Of a DNA stretch of 64,000 nt, positions 1 through 9,200 are shown one piece after another (position 1 is the first letter of the stretch; each line of letters begins with the position of its first letter). The translations under genes were made by a program, and so were the position numbers. The notes under the pieces are model-generated. The model saw only the letters and a program-made list of their open reading frames with translations. It was not told where the DNA came from and searched no databases. This stretch comes from an uncultured Pelagibacteraceae bacterium (GTDB taxonomy: Bacteria > Pseudomonadota > Alphaproteobacteria > Pelagibacterales > Pelagibacteraceae), in contig CACJFA010000002.1 in assembly GCA_902592545.1 (NCBI GenBank), positions 164-64,163 of the forward strand. Direction: 5' to 3'.

Positions 1-1
1 G

Positions 2-1510
2 TTTAGTGTATTTGGAATTTTTTCTCTAAAAACTTTCTTTTTACTAGCCATGGGATTTTTTTCTGCACGTTTTATTTATGAGACTCATAGAAGGTTAGCA
101 AAAACTTTATTTGAGAGTTATTTAAACAGGCCATATAATTTTTTTTTAACTAAAAACTCAGCTGAATTAATGAAAAATACAACTGGAGAAGTAGGTGTTT
201 TTGTTGGACAAGTTCTTATTCCAATTGTTTATTTGTTTACAGAATTAACAGTTGTAATTTCACTTACAGTATTTCTTCTTTATATAGAAACTCTTGGTAC
301 CATCATAGTTTTTGGAAGTTTTTTCATTTGTATTTTTTTAGTAAATTTTTTTAGCAAAGGATTTCTTTATGATTGGGGCAAACAGAGGCAGAGAGAAACT
401 GGAATGATCATAAAGACTCTACAAGAAAGTTTTGGCGCGGTTAAGGAAATAAAACTATTAGGAATTGAAAAAGAATTAAAAAAAAAATTTGAAAAGCATA
501 ATTTTGCAACTCAAAGAGCGGAAAGCAATATGATGGCTTTTCAAAATGTACCTAAAAATGGCTTAGAATATTTTGCAATATGTTGTTTTCTAGGATTTTT
601 AATTTTTTTTATATATAATGAAAAAGATCTAAGTTTAATTTTCCCTTTAATGGGAGTTTATGCAGCAACAGCTTTTAGATTATTGCCATCAGCAAATAGA
701 ATTTTAGTAAACATAAATGCATTCAGGTATGGACTGCCAGTTGTAAAAGTTATTAGAAATGAATTAGAAGTTGCAAAAAATTATGAACAAGAAGTGAAAA
801 AAAATCAAGTTGATACACATTTAGATTTTAATGATATTAGTTTTAACAATGTAGATTTTGAATATAATGATGATGGCAAAAAATTATTTCAAGATTTGTC
901 TTTTACTATAAGAAAAGGTGATACAGTAGGTATATATGGGCCTTCGGGCGTGGGCAAAAGTACACTTGTTGATTTAATTTGTGGACTTTTAGATGTCACT
1001 AAAGGGCAAGTTAAAATTAACAATCAAAACATACAAAATTTAAAAAATTCTTGGCAAAAAATAATAGGCTATGTTCCACAGGCCCCATTTTTTTTTGATG
1101 ACAAAATTAAAATGAATATTTGTTTTTCCTATAATGAGGAAAATATTGATGAAAAAAAAATAATTGAAAAAATTGAAGATGTTGAATTATCAGATTTTAT
1201 AAAATCATTGCCATCTGGTATAAATACTTTTATAGGTGAGAAAGGTACAAGAATTTCAGGAGGACAAAAACAAAGAATTGCAATAGCAAGAGCACTTTAC
1301 AAAGACTCCCAAATTTTATTAATGGATGAAGCTACTAGTGCTCTAGATACTGTTGTTGAGGACAAGATAATTAATTCTATTGATAAAATTAAAAAAGACA
1401 AAACCATCATATTAATCTCTCATCGTAAATCTGCTTTAAAAATATGTAATAAAATTTTTAAATTAGATGGATCAGGTAAAGTTAATCTTTGTAAATTTCA
1501 CGACCTGTAG
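2..1510 (+). CDS. ABC transporter permease/ATP-binding protein, PglK/MsbA-like glycan flippase (5' truncated by window)
   Basis: N-terminal TM helices, Walker A GPSGVGKST, signature ISGGQKQR, Walker B LLMDEATSALD. The frame is open from base 2, so the true start is upstream of the window. Confidence 0.85.
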   Translation, partial: FSVFGIFSLKTFFLLAMGFFSARFIYETHRRLAKTLFESYLNRPYNFFLTKNSAELMKNTTGEVGVFVGQVLIPIVYLFTELTVVISLTVFLLYIETLGTIIVFGSFFICIFLVNFFSKGFLYDWGKQRQRETGMIIKTLQESFGAVKEIKLLGIEKELKKKFEKHNFATQRAESNMMAFQNVPKNGLEYFAICCFLGFLIFFIYNEKDLSLIFPLMGVYAATAFRLLPSANRILVNINAFRYGLPVVKVIRNELEVAKNYEQEVKKNQVDTHLDFNDISFNNVDFEYNDDGKKLFQDLSFTIRKGDTVGIYGPSGVGKSTLVDLICGLLDVTKGQVKINNQNIQNLKNSWQKIIGYVPQAPFFFDDKIKMNICFSYNEENIDEKKIIEKIEDVELSDFIKSLPSGINTFIGEKGTRISGGQKQRIAIARALYKDSQILLMDEATSALDTVVEDKIINSIDKIKKDKTIILISHRKSALKICNKIFKLDGSGKVNLCKFHDL

Positions 1511-1525
1511 TAATAAAAGAGCCAA

Positions 1526-2839
1526 ATGAAAAATAATAATAAAGAAATATGTATATTAGGATTGGGATATGTGGGACTTACATTGTCTGCTACATTAGCC
1601 GACTTAGGATTTAAGATAACTGGAGTAGAAATTCGTAAAAAAATTTTAGACGACCTACAAAATAAAAGACCTCATTTTTATGAGCCCAATTTAAATAAAA
1701 TTCTTAAAAAAATTATATCAAATAAAAATTTTAAATTTTATAATAAAATTCCACATAATTGGGCAGGGAACACTTATATAATCACTGTTGGTACTCCATT
1801 AGATGAAAATGGAAATTCAAGAGTGGACTTAATTAAAAATGTTAGTAAAGAAGTAAAAAATTCAATTAAAGACAATGGTTTGGTTATATTACGATCTACT
1901 GTAAAAGTTGGAACGACAAGAAATATAGTAAAAAAAATTATAGAAAAAAAAATTAAAAAATTTGATATAGCATTTTGTCCAGAAAGAACACAAGAAGGAA
2001 AGGCACTAACTGAAGTAAAAAAAATTCCTCAGATAATAGGTGGCCTTGATAGAAAGTCTGCTGAAAGAGCACGGAATATTTTTAAAAAAGTAACAAAAAC
2101 AAATTTAATTGTTTCGTCTCTAGAGACTGCGGAACTTATAAAGTTAGTAGATAATTCGCAAAGAGATGTCTACTTCTCTTATGCAAATGAAATCGCTAAA
2201 ATTTGTGATGAATTGAAAATAAGTGCCACGGAAGTAATTAATACAGGGAAATTTAAATACGGTAGAACAAATTTGGCTTTTCCTGGTCCAGTTGGAGGAC
2301 CATGTTTAATAAAAGATACTTATATATTAAATGAAAGTTTGAATAATAAAAAATTAAAACCAAACATAGCTCTTGCAGCAAGAAATATTAATGAAAATTT
2401 GACAAAAGATATTGTTCTTCAGCTTAGGAGCGAATTGAAAAAGAGATATAAAAAAGTAGACAAGATCTCACTTCTAGGATTTGCATTTAAAGGCAATCCA
2501 CCAACTGATGATACAAGAGATTCTATATCAATAAAATTTTATCAAGAAATTAAAAAAAAATTCCCAAAAAGCGATATTTCAATTTATGACTCTTTAGTTA
2601 AAGATGATGATTATATTCATTTTGGATTTAAAAAATCTAATAATATTAATCAAAGTTTTAAAAATGCAAATATAATAATAATTTTAAACAACCATAAAAT
2701 TTTTAAAAACTTAAATCTTAAAGAAAAAAGTAAACTAATGAAATCAAAAGGTATAATTTATGATTGTTGGAATTTGTTTGATAAAAAAAGATTAAATTTA
2801 AAAAGAAATGTAGTTTATTCAGCATTTGGAAATATATGA
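1526..2839 (+). CDS. Nucleotide-sugar 6-dehydrogenase (UDP-HexNAc dehydrogenase, WecC/WbpA family)
   Basis: GLGYVG Rossmann motif, ITVGTP, FCPER, GPVGGPCL (catalytic Cys), GFAFKG..TDDTRDS. Confidence 0.85.
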   Translation: MKNNNKEICILGLGYVGLTLSATLADLGFKITGVEIRKKILDDLQNKRPHFYEPNLNKILKKIISNKNFKFYNKIPHNWAGNTYIITVGTPLDENGNSRVDLIKNVSKEVKNSIKDNGLVILRSTVKVGTTRNIVKKIIEKKIKKFDIAFCPERTQEGKALTEVKKIPQIIGGLDRKSAERARNIFKKVTKTNLIVSSLETAELIKLVDNSQRDVYFSYANEIAKICDELKISATEVINTGKFKYGRTNLAFPGPVGGPCLIKDTYILNESLNNKKLKPNIALAARNINENLTKDIVLQLRSELKKRYKKVDKISLLGFAFKGNPPTDDTRDSISIKFYQEIKKKFPKSDISIYDSLVKDDDYIHFGFKKSNNINQSFKNANIIIILNNHKIFKNLNLKEKSKLMKSKGIIYDCWNLFDKKRLNLKRNVVYSAFGNI

Positions 2840-3786
2840 GAAAAAAATTTTTGATAACCGGAGGAACAGGTTTTATTGGATCAGCAATAACTAAAAAAAT
2901 AGCCGAAGATCATGATGTTATCGTAGTTGATAATAATCAAAGAGGTCTCAATAAAAGATTAGATAAAATTATGGATAGGATAACTTTATTTAATTTTGAT
3001 ATTAGAAATGAACAATCGTTAATAGATGTATCAAAAGGTGTAGATTGTATAATTCATGCAGCCTATGTTAATGGTACAGAAACTTTTTATAAAAAACCAA
3101 AAGAAATTGTTGATATTGCAATAAAAGGTATGCTTAATGTGTTAAAAGCATGTGAAGTGAATGAAATAAGAGAACTAATACTTTTGTCAAGCTCAGAGGT
3201 TTATCATCATGCCAAAATTATTCCAACTCCAGAGGAAATACCATTAATTATCCCTGATATAAAAAATCCAAGATTCTCATATGGTGGTGGTAAAATAGCC
3301 TCCGAACTTATGTTAATGAGTCATTGTAAGGAAAATTTTGACAAAGCTATTATAATAAGACCACACAATGTGTTTGGACCTGATATGGGTAGAGAGCACG
3401 TCATTCCACAAATTATAGATAAGATAAACACTCAAAAAAAACAGAATAATAAAGTTTTAGAAATTCAAGGTGATGGATCTGAAACTCGTGCATTTATTCA
3501 TATTGAAGATTTTGTTAGTGGTTTTGATTTTGCAATAAAAAAATCTCAACATTTAGATATAATAAATATTGGAAATGATAAAGAGATCAAAATTTTAGAG
3601 TTAGTAAAAATTATTAAAAGATTGATGTATTCAGATTGTGAAATTAAAAGTGGAAAATTAAGAGAGGGCAGCACAACAAGGAGATGTCCCGATATTTCAA
3701 AGTTAAAAAATTTTGGCTTTAAAGCAAATGTTGATTTAGAACAAAGTTTACCAGAAATAATACAATGGTATAGTAATAATAATTAA
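2836..3786 (+). CDS. Extended SDR, NAD-dependent epimerase/decarboxylase (UDP-xylose synthase-like motifs)
   Basis: TGGTGFIG, SSSEVY, YGGGK, RPHNVFGP, GDGSETRAF, RRCPDISK. Confidence 0.8.
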   Translation: MRKKFLITGGTGFIGSAITKKIAEDHDVIVVDNNQRGLNKRLDKIMDRITLFNFDIRNEQSLIDVSKGVDCIIHAAYVNGTETFYKKPKEIVDIAIKGMLNVLKACEVNEIRELILLSSSEVYHHAKIIPTPEEIPLIIPDIKNPRFSYGGGKIASELMLMSHCKENFDKAIIIRPHNVFGPDMGREHVIPQIIDKINTQKKQNNKVLEIQGDGSETRAFIHIEDFVSGFDFAIKKSQHLDIINIGNDKEIKILELVKIIKRLMYSDCEIKSGKLREGSTTRRCPDISKLKNFGFKANVDLEQSLPEIIQWYSNNN

Positions 3787-5060
3787 TGAGAATTTCGTTT
3801 TTTACACATTGCTTACCTTTAAGAGATTCTCACGGTGCAGCTGAAACTTGTTATTCAGTAATAAAATTTCTTTCATCTCAAAATCATGAAATAATTTTAA
3901 ATATTGTCGCAGATGATAAAGAATTTATTAATTCAAAAAATAATAGCTCCGAGATTAAAAAATATTGTAAAAAAATTAATTTATATAAAATTCCAAGTAG
4001 AAAAAATTTAATTAAAAATTTTTTAACTAACCCTATTAACTTTTTTTTTCCAAATAAGAACTTAATTTTTCCATCATATGATTTAGAAAGTGGTGTATTA
4101 TCTGATTTAGAAATTGATAAACCAGATGTAATTTTTATTTATCACTGGATTGCAGCTGCTCCAGTTTTAAATTCAAAAATTCCAAAACTATTAATCACTG
4201 GAGATCTTGTTCATATGCCATTTGAGACAAGAATGTTATATAGAAAAAAACTTGGATTAAATTTAGAGTTTAATCTTGGTTTTATTATAAAATTTTTAGG
4301 GGTTTTCTGGCTAGGTTATCATCTAAGAAAACAAATGATCTACATGTTAAATAAAGCAGACGATGGAGGATCCTTTGGATGGCATGATGCAAATTGGCTT
4401 AAAAAAAATGGAGCACTAAAAAGTAAATATTTTAAAACATCACTGATAGATACTAATCCTGAATTTGATATTGGAAAATATGATTTTACTAATAAGAAAA
4501 AGTTTAAGATTATAACAGCTTTAAGTAATCTTGAGTCTACTTCTACATTATCTGGTATGGTTTTTTTATTTGAAGAAGTTTTAGGTAAATTAAAATTAAA
4601 TATTGGAGAAAAAAATTTTGAAATACATGTGATTGGTAAAGGTAATTTACCAAATAGTTTAAAAAAATATGTAAACGATGAAAATATCATTATGAGAGGA
4701 TATGTAGAGGATATTAATAAAGAATTTGATACAGCAGATGTTGTTTTGATTCCCACAGCAGTTTTTTTAGGCTTTAGATGTAGAATTTTAAATTCTTTTG
4801 CACAAGGTGCTTGCACGATAATTCATCATAATGACGCAATAAATCAGCCAGAAATTAAAAATAAAATTAATTGTCTTGTTGGTAAAAATGGTGAAGAGGT
4901 GTCAAATTTAGTTTATGAAGCATATAAAGATATTGAATTAAGGAAAAAAATAAGAATTGAAGCTAGAAATTTATACTTAAATAATTTTAGTCCAGAAATT
5001 TCTACACCTGTTATTCTTAATAAGTTAAAAGAATTAGCATTAAATACAAATGAAATTTAA
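3786..5060 (+). CDS. Glycosyltransferase, GT4-like GT-B fold
   Basis: C-terminal IHVIGK..MRGYVEDINKEFDTADVVLIP..RILNSFAQG resembles the Glyco_trans_1_4 domain; island context. Confidence 0.65.
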   Translation: MRISFFTHCLPLRDSHGAAETCYSVIKFLSSQNHEIILNIVADDKEFINSKNNSSEIKKYCKKINLYKIPSRKNLIKNFLTNPINFFFPNKNLIFPSYDLESGVLSDLEIDKPDVIFIYHWIAAAPVLNSKIPKLLITGDLVHMPFETRMLYRKKLGLNLEFNLGFIIKFLGVFWLGYHLRKQMIYMLNKADDGGSFGWHDANWLKKNGALKSKYFKTSLIDTNPEFDIGKYDFTNKKKFKIITALSNLESTSTLSGMVFLFEEVLGKLKLNIGEKNFEIHVIGKGNLPNSLKKYVNDENIIMRGYVEDINKEFDTADVVLIPTAVFLGFRCRILNSFAQGACTIIHHNDAINQPEIKNKINCLVGKNGEEVSNLVYEAYKDIELRKKIRIEARNLYLNNFSPEISTPVILNKLKELALNTNEI

Positions 5061-6069
5061 AATCGAAAATAATATTATTTCAAGAACTAGCGAACCTTAC
5101 ATTATAGCTGAAGCATGTGATAATCATTTTGGCAATATGGACTATGCAATAAAAATGATAGAAGAATCAAAAATAGCTGGTGCAAGTGCCGTTAAATTTC
5201 AACATCATCTTCCAGATGAAGAAATGTTACCAGTTATACCAATGTCAGATAATTTTTCTGAGCCACTTTATGAATTTTTAAAAAAGAATGCACTTAAATT
5301 AGAAGATCATATAAAATTAAAGGAAGTGTGTGACAAGATTGGAATAACGTACCTTTGTACTCCATTCTCTTTCAAAGCAGCTGAAGAAATAAATAAACTT
5401 GTTCCAGTTTTTAAAATTGGTTCAGGTGAAATGGCAGATATACCAACATTGAAAAAAATAATTAAATTTAAAAAAGGTATGATTATTTCTACGGGAATGT
5501 CTGTCATTGACGAAATAACAAGAACCTATGATTTAGTATCTAATGAAGTTCCATTAGTTTTAATGAATTGTATAAGTGAATATCCTGTAAATTATGAAGA
5601 TATGAATTTAAATGTAATTTCAAAAATGATTGAAATTTATCCTAGAGCTATAATTGGACATTCTGATCATTCATCTGGATTATTCACTAGTTTTTCTGCA
5701 ATAACTTTGGGGGCCAAGGTTATTGAAAAACATGTAATTTTAGATAAAAAAATGAAAGGTCCTGACCAGGAAGTTTCTATAGACTTTAATCAGTTAAGTG
5801 AATTAGTTAAAACAGGGAAACAAATTAGTAAAACTTTAGGAGATGTCAAAAAGATTCATCCAAAAGAAAAACAAATTAGAGCATGGGCATACAGAAGTAT
5901 TGTTTCAATTAAAGATATTCCAAAAGGAAAAATTATAGACCAAAATGATATATGGTGCAAAAGACCTGGAACAGGAATTCCTTCTTATGAAATGGAAAAT
6001 ATAATTGGAAAAAAAACAAAAAATAATATTAAAAATAATTCACTACTAATGTGGGAAGATTTAGAATAA
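5050..6069 (+). CDS. neuB: Nonulosonic/sialic acid synthase, NeuB family with C-terminal SAF domain
   Basis: PYIIAE..NH.G, AVKFQ, LCTPF, FKIGSGE, IISTGM, GHSDHS, IEKH, GPDQ, RSIV..KRPGTGI. Confidence 0.9.
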   Translation: MKFKIENNIISRTSEPYIIAEACDNHFGNMDYAIKMIEESKIAGASAVKFQHHLPDEEMLPVIPMSDNFSEPLYEFLKKNALKLEDHIKLKEVCDKIGITYLCTPFSFKAAEEINKLVPVFKIGSGEMADIPTLKKIIKFKKGMIISTGMSVIDEITRTYDLVSNEVPLVLMNCISEYPVNYEDMNLNVISKMIEIYPRAIIGHSDHSSGLFTSFSAITLGAKVIEKHVILDKKMKGPDQEVSIDFNQLSELVKTGKQISKTLGDVKKIHPKEKQIRAWAYRSIVSIKDIPKGKIIDQNDIWCKRPGTGIPSYEMENIIGKKTKNNIKNNSLLMWEDLE

Positions 6070-6073
6070 AAAA

Positions 6074-7201
6074 ATGAAGCTTTTATTTCTTTTAGGTTCA
6101 AGAGGTGAATGGGGCTATATCAAGCCGTTAATAGATATATGTAAAAAGCAAAAAATTAAGTATTCTATTTGTGCAACCAACATGGTTCTACTTCCTAATT
6201 ATGGCTCTTTGATTAAAGAAGTAAAAAAAAATTATAACGTCAGTGACGAAATATATATGGCGCTAGAAGGTAGCAATCATTATGTCATGACAAAATCTTT
6301 GGGTGTTTTTCTAAGTTCTTTTATTGACGTCATAAAAAGACAAAATCCCTCATGGATAGTATTAGCTGGTGATAGGGGTGAGCAATTAATGGGTGCTGTT
6401 GCTGGTGCTTATACATATACGCCAATTGCCCATATTCAAGCAGGCGAAAGATCTGGGAATATAGATGGAGTTGCAAGACATTCTTTATCTAAACTTGCTC
6501 ATATGCATTTTGCATCTAATAGTGATGCGGTAAAAAGATTAATTAAAATGGGTGAGGAAAAACATAGAGTATTTAATACTGGCGCACCACAAATTGACGA
6601 TATGAAAAATATAAGTTTTAGAGATAATTATATAAAAAAAAATTTAAATATAGATACAAAAAGTCCGTTTATTTTAGTTGTAATGCATCCAGTGACTGAA
6701 GAGTATGGATTGGCTGAAAAACAAGTACAAATTTTAATAAATTCACTTAATTTAGTAAAACAAAAGAAAATTTGGATATTACCAAATATAGACGCTGGAG
6801 CAGATTTGATTAGAAAAACACTAATTGAAAACAGGAAATCTGATACTTTAATTTTTAAAAATTTATCTAGAGAAATTTATCTAACATTATTAAAAAGATC
6901 TAAACTAATTATAGGCAATTCAAGTTCTGGAATTTTGGAGGCACCGTCCTATTCATTGCCAGCAATAAACTTGGGAAGGAGACAAAATGATAGAGTACAG
7001 GCCAAAAATGTAATTAATTCTGAATTTAAAAAAGATAAAATTCTTTTATCAATTAAAAAAGCTACTTCAAATAAATTTATTAATTCTATTAAAAAAATGA
7101 AAAATCCTTATGGAGATGGCAACTCGTCAAAAAGAATTATTGAAATATTAAAAAAATCAATAAGAGATGATAAAATGTTAATAAAAAATATAACATACTA
7201 A
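6074..7201 (+). CDS. neuC: UDP-N-acetylglucosamine 2-epimerase (hydrolysing, NeuC type)
   Basis: GSRGEWG, AGDRGEQL, HIQAGERSG.ID, HPVT, IGNSSSGILEAP, NLGRRQ, NPYGDG. Confidence 0.88.
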   Translation: MKLLFLLGSRGEWGYIKPLIDICKKQKIKYSICATNMVLLPNYGSLIKEVKKNYNVSDEIYMALEGSNHYVMTKSLGVFLSSFIDVIKRQNPSWIVLAGDRGEQLMGAVAGAYTYTPIAHIQAGERSGNIDGVARHSLSKLAHMHFASNSDAVKRLIKMGEEKHRVFNTGAPQIDDMKNISFRDNYIKKNLNIDTKSPFILVVMHPVTEEYGLAEKQVQILINSLNLVKQKKIWILPNIDAGADLIRKTLIENRKSDTLIFKNLSREIYLTLLKRSKLIIGNSSSGILEAPSYSLPAINLGRRQNDRVQAKNVINSEFKKDKILLSIKKATSNKFINSIKKMKNPYGDGNSSKRIIEILKKSIRDDKMLIKNITY

Positions 7202-7205
7202 TTGT

Positions 7206-7550
7206 ATGAAAAAATTGAATAATTATATAATCCCTAAAAATTCAACATTAATAATCGCTTGTGATGCGATTAGTAAAAATAAAAGTAGATGTGTTTTAAT
7301 TGAAGATAAAAAAAAAATAATAGGGATTTTAAGTGAAGGAGATATAATAAGAGCATTTTTAATGGGCGCAGATATTAACTCTAGAGTAGAAGATTATATA
7401 AATCTTAGTTTTATATTCTTTAAAAAAAAAGATTTTAAGAAAGCTAAATTAATTTTTAAAAAAAAACAAATAACTTTGATCCCAATTTTAAATGATAATA
7501 TGAAGCTTACTGATCTAATAACTCTTAATGAAATATTAGAATCAAAATAA
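7206..7550 (+). CDS. Stand-alone CBS-pair protein
   Basis: IIGILSEGDIIRAFL and ITLIPILND resemble the CBS pair found N-terminal in nucleotidyltransferases of nonulosonate clusters. Confidence 0.7.
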   Translation: MKKLNNYIIPKNSTLIIACDAISKNKSRCVLIEDKKKIIGILSEGDIIRAFLMGADINSRVEDYINLSFIFFKKKDFKKAKLIFKKKQITLIPILNDNMKLTDLITLNEILESK

Positions 7551-8218
7551 TGAATTTTATTGTTATCCCAGCAAGAGCAAATTCTAAAAGAATAATAAAT
7601 AAAAATATCAAGAAGCTAAATAATAAACCATTAATTAATTATGTTCTTGAAAAGTTAAATAATAAAAAAATAAAAGAGAAAGTATATGTAACATCAGATA
7701 GTTTAGAAATAAAAAAACTAACTCAACTTTTCAAAAAAATAAAATTTGTAAAAAGACCAAAAAAATTCGCTTCGTCAAATTCAAAAATAGAAGAAGCTTT
7801 AATTCATCTAATATCAACAGAAGATCTTAAAAAATATGAATGGGTTATAACTGTTCAGCCTAATTCACCTTTTATTAAATTAAAAACTATAAAAAAAATA
7901 ATTAATTTAACAAAAAAAACAAATGCCAATTGTATAATGACAGTGAGTAAAAATGTTTCTGATTTATGGTACAAAGATAAAAAAAATTTTTTTTTGAAAA
8001 GATTATTCCCTAATGCACCAAGAAGTTCTCAAAAAAGAAAACCTTTATATGAGGAAAACAGTGCAATTTATGCGACCAGAGTTAAACATTTGCTAAAGAC
8101 AAAAAAAATATTCGATAAAAAAGTTTTTTTTTATGAAATATCTAGGATAGAAGGAATTGATATCAATGATAAAATTGATTTTTTTATTGCAGATTCTTTA
8201 AAAAAAAATGGATATTGA
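7550..8218 (+). CDS. neuA: CMP-ulosonic acid synthetase (acylneuraminate cytidylyltransferase)
   Basis: VIPARANSKRIINKN, KPLI, VTSDS, KRP, QPNSPF, YEENSAIY, IDIND. Confidence 0.85.
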   Translation: MNFIVIPARANSKRIINKNIKKLNNKPLINYVLEKLNNKKIKEKVYVTSDSLEIKKLTQLFKKIKFVKRPKKFASSNSKIEEALIHLISTEDLKKYEWVITVQPNSPFIKLKTIKKIINLTKKTNANCIMTVSKNVSDLWYKDKKNFFLKRLFPNAPRSSQKRKPLYEENSAIYATRVKHLLKTKKIFDKKVFFYEISRIEGIDINDKIDFFIADSLKKNGY

Positions 8219-9200
8219 AAAAATAAAAAATCTTAAAAAGTCTAAATTTAGATGGTTGGTTACTGGGGTATCAGGCTTTATTGGAAAAAATATCTTAAAT
8301 TATTTAATTTTAAATAATCAAATAGTTATTGGATTTGATAAAAAGAAAATTAACAAATCTGATTACGATAAGATTTTTGGTCTTACACCTAATAAAAAAA
8401 AAAACTTTATTTTCATAAAGCAAGACCTAACAAACCCAAATTTTGTAAAAAGAAATAAAATAAAAATAGATTTTGTTCTTCATAACGCGGCTTTATCTTC
8501 AGTGCCACTTTCTATAAAAAAACCAAAGTTAGTTTTTGATAATAACGTAAAATCTTTTATAAATGTTTTAGAATATTGTAGGCTAAATAAACCTAAAAAA
8601 ATCATATATGCATCTAGTAGTGCTTTATACTCAAATAAAAAAAATACTAATGAAAATATTAAAATAAATAATTTGAAGTCAGTATATGCAGAAAGCAAAC
8701 TGGCAAACGAAAAAATTGCAAATTTGTATTCTCAGGAGTTCAGAATGAATATTGTGGGACTTAGGTATTTTAATGTCTACGGGCCATTCTGTAAAAAAAG
8801 TGGACAGAATCTTCCTGTTATAAATAATTGGATCAAATCCCTTTTGTTAAATAAGAACGTTGAATTGTATGGTTCTAAAAATCAGACTAGAGATTTTGTA
8901 TATGTTAAAAATATAGTTGAATTAAATATTCTTTTATCTTTAAGTAAAAATAAAAAAAAAATTTATAACTTAGGGACTGGAAAATCTACCAAACTAAATG
9001 ATTTATTTAAAATTATAAAAAATAATGTAAATTTTTCTAAAAAAGATTCAAAGTTAATTTTTCTTGAAGAACGAGCTGGTGATATAAAAGATTCAAAAGC
9101 TAACATGAGAAATTTAATTACTGAATTCAAGATTACAAACAAATATTTTGTAAATTTAGATACTGGATTAAAAGAGACAATAAATTTTTTTAAAAAATAG
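8208..9200 (+). CDS. Extended SDR, UDP-HexNAc 4-epimerase-like (WbpP/TviC-like)
   Basis: WLVTGVSGFIG, HNAALSSVPLSI, YASSSALY, YAESK, GLRYFNVYGP, RAGDI. Confidence 0.8.
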   Translation: MDIEKIKNLKKSKFRWLVTGVSGFIGKNILNYLILNNQIVIGFDKKKINKSDYDKIFGLTPNKKKNFIFIKQDLTNPNFVKRNKIKIDFVLHNAALSSVPLSIKKPKLVFDNNVKSFINVLEYCRLNKPKKIIYASSSALYSNKKNTNENIKINNLKSVYAESKLANEKIANLYSQEFRMNIVGLRYFNVYGPFCKKSGQNLPVINNWIKSLLLNKNVELYGSKNQTRDFVYVKNIVELNILLSLSKNKKKIYNLGTGKSTKLNDLFKIIKNNVNFSKKDSKLIFLEERAGDIKDSKANMRNLITEFKITNKYFVNLDTGLKETINFFKK

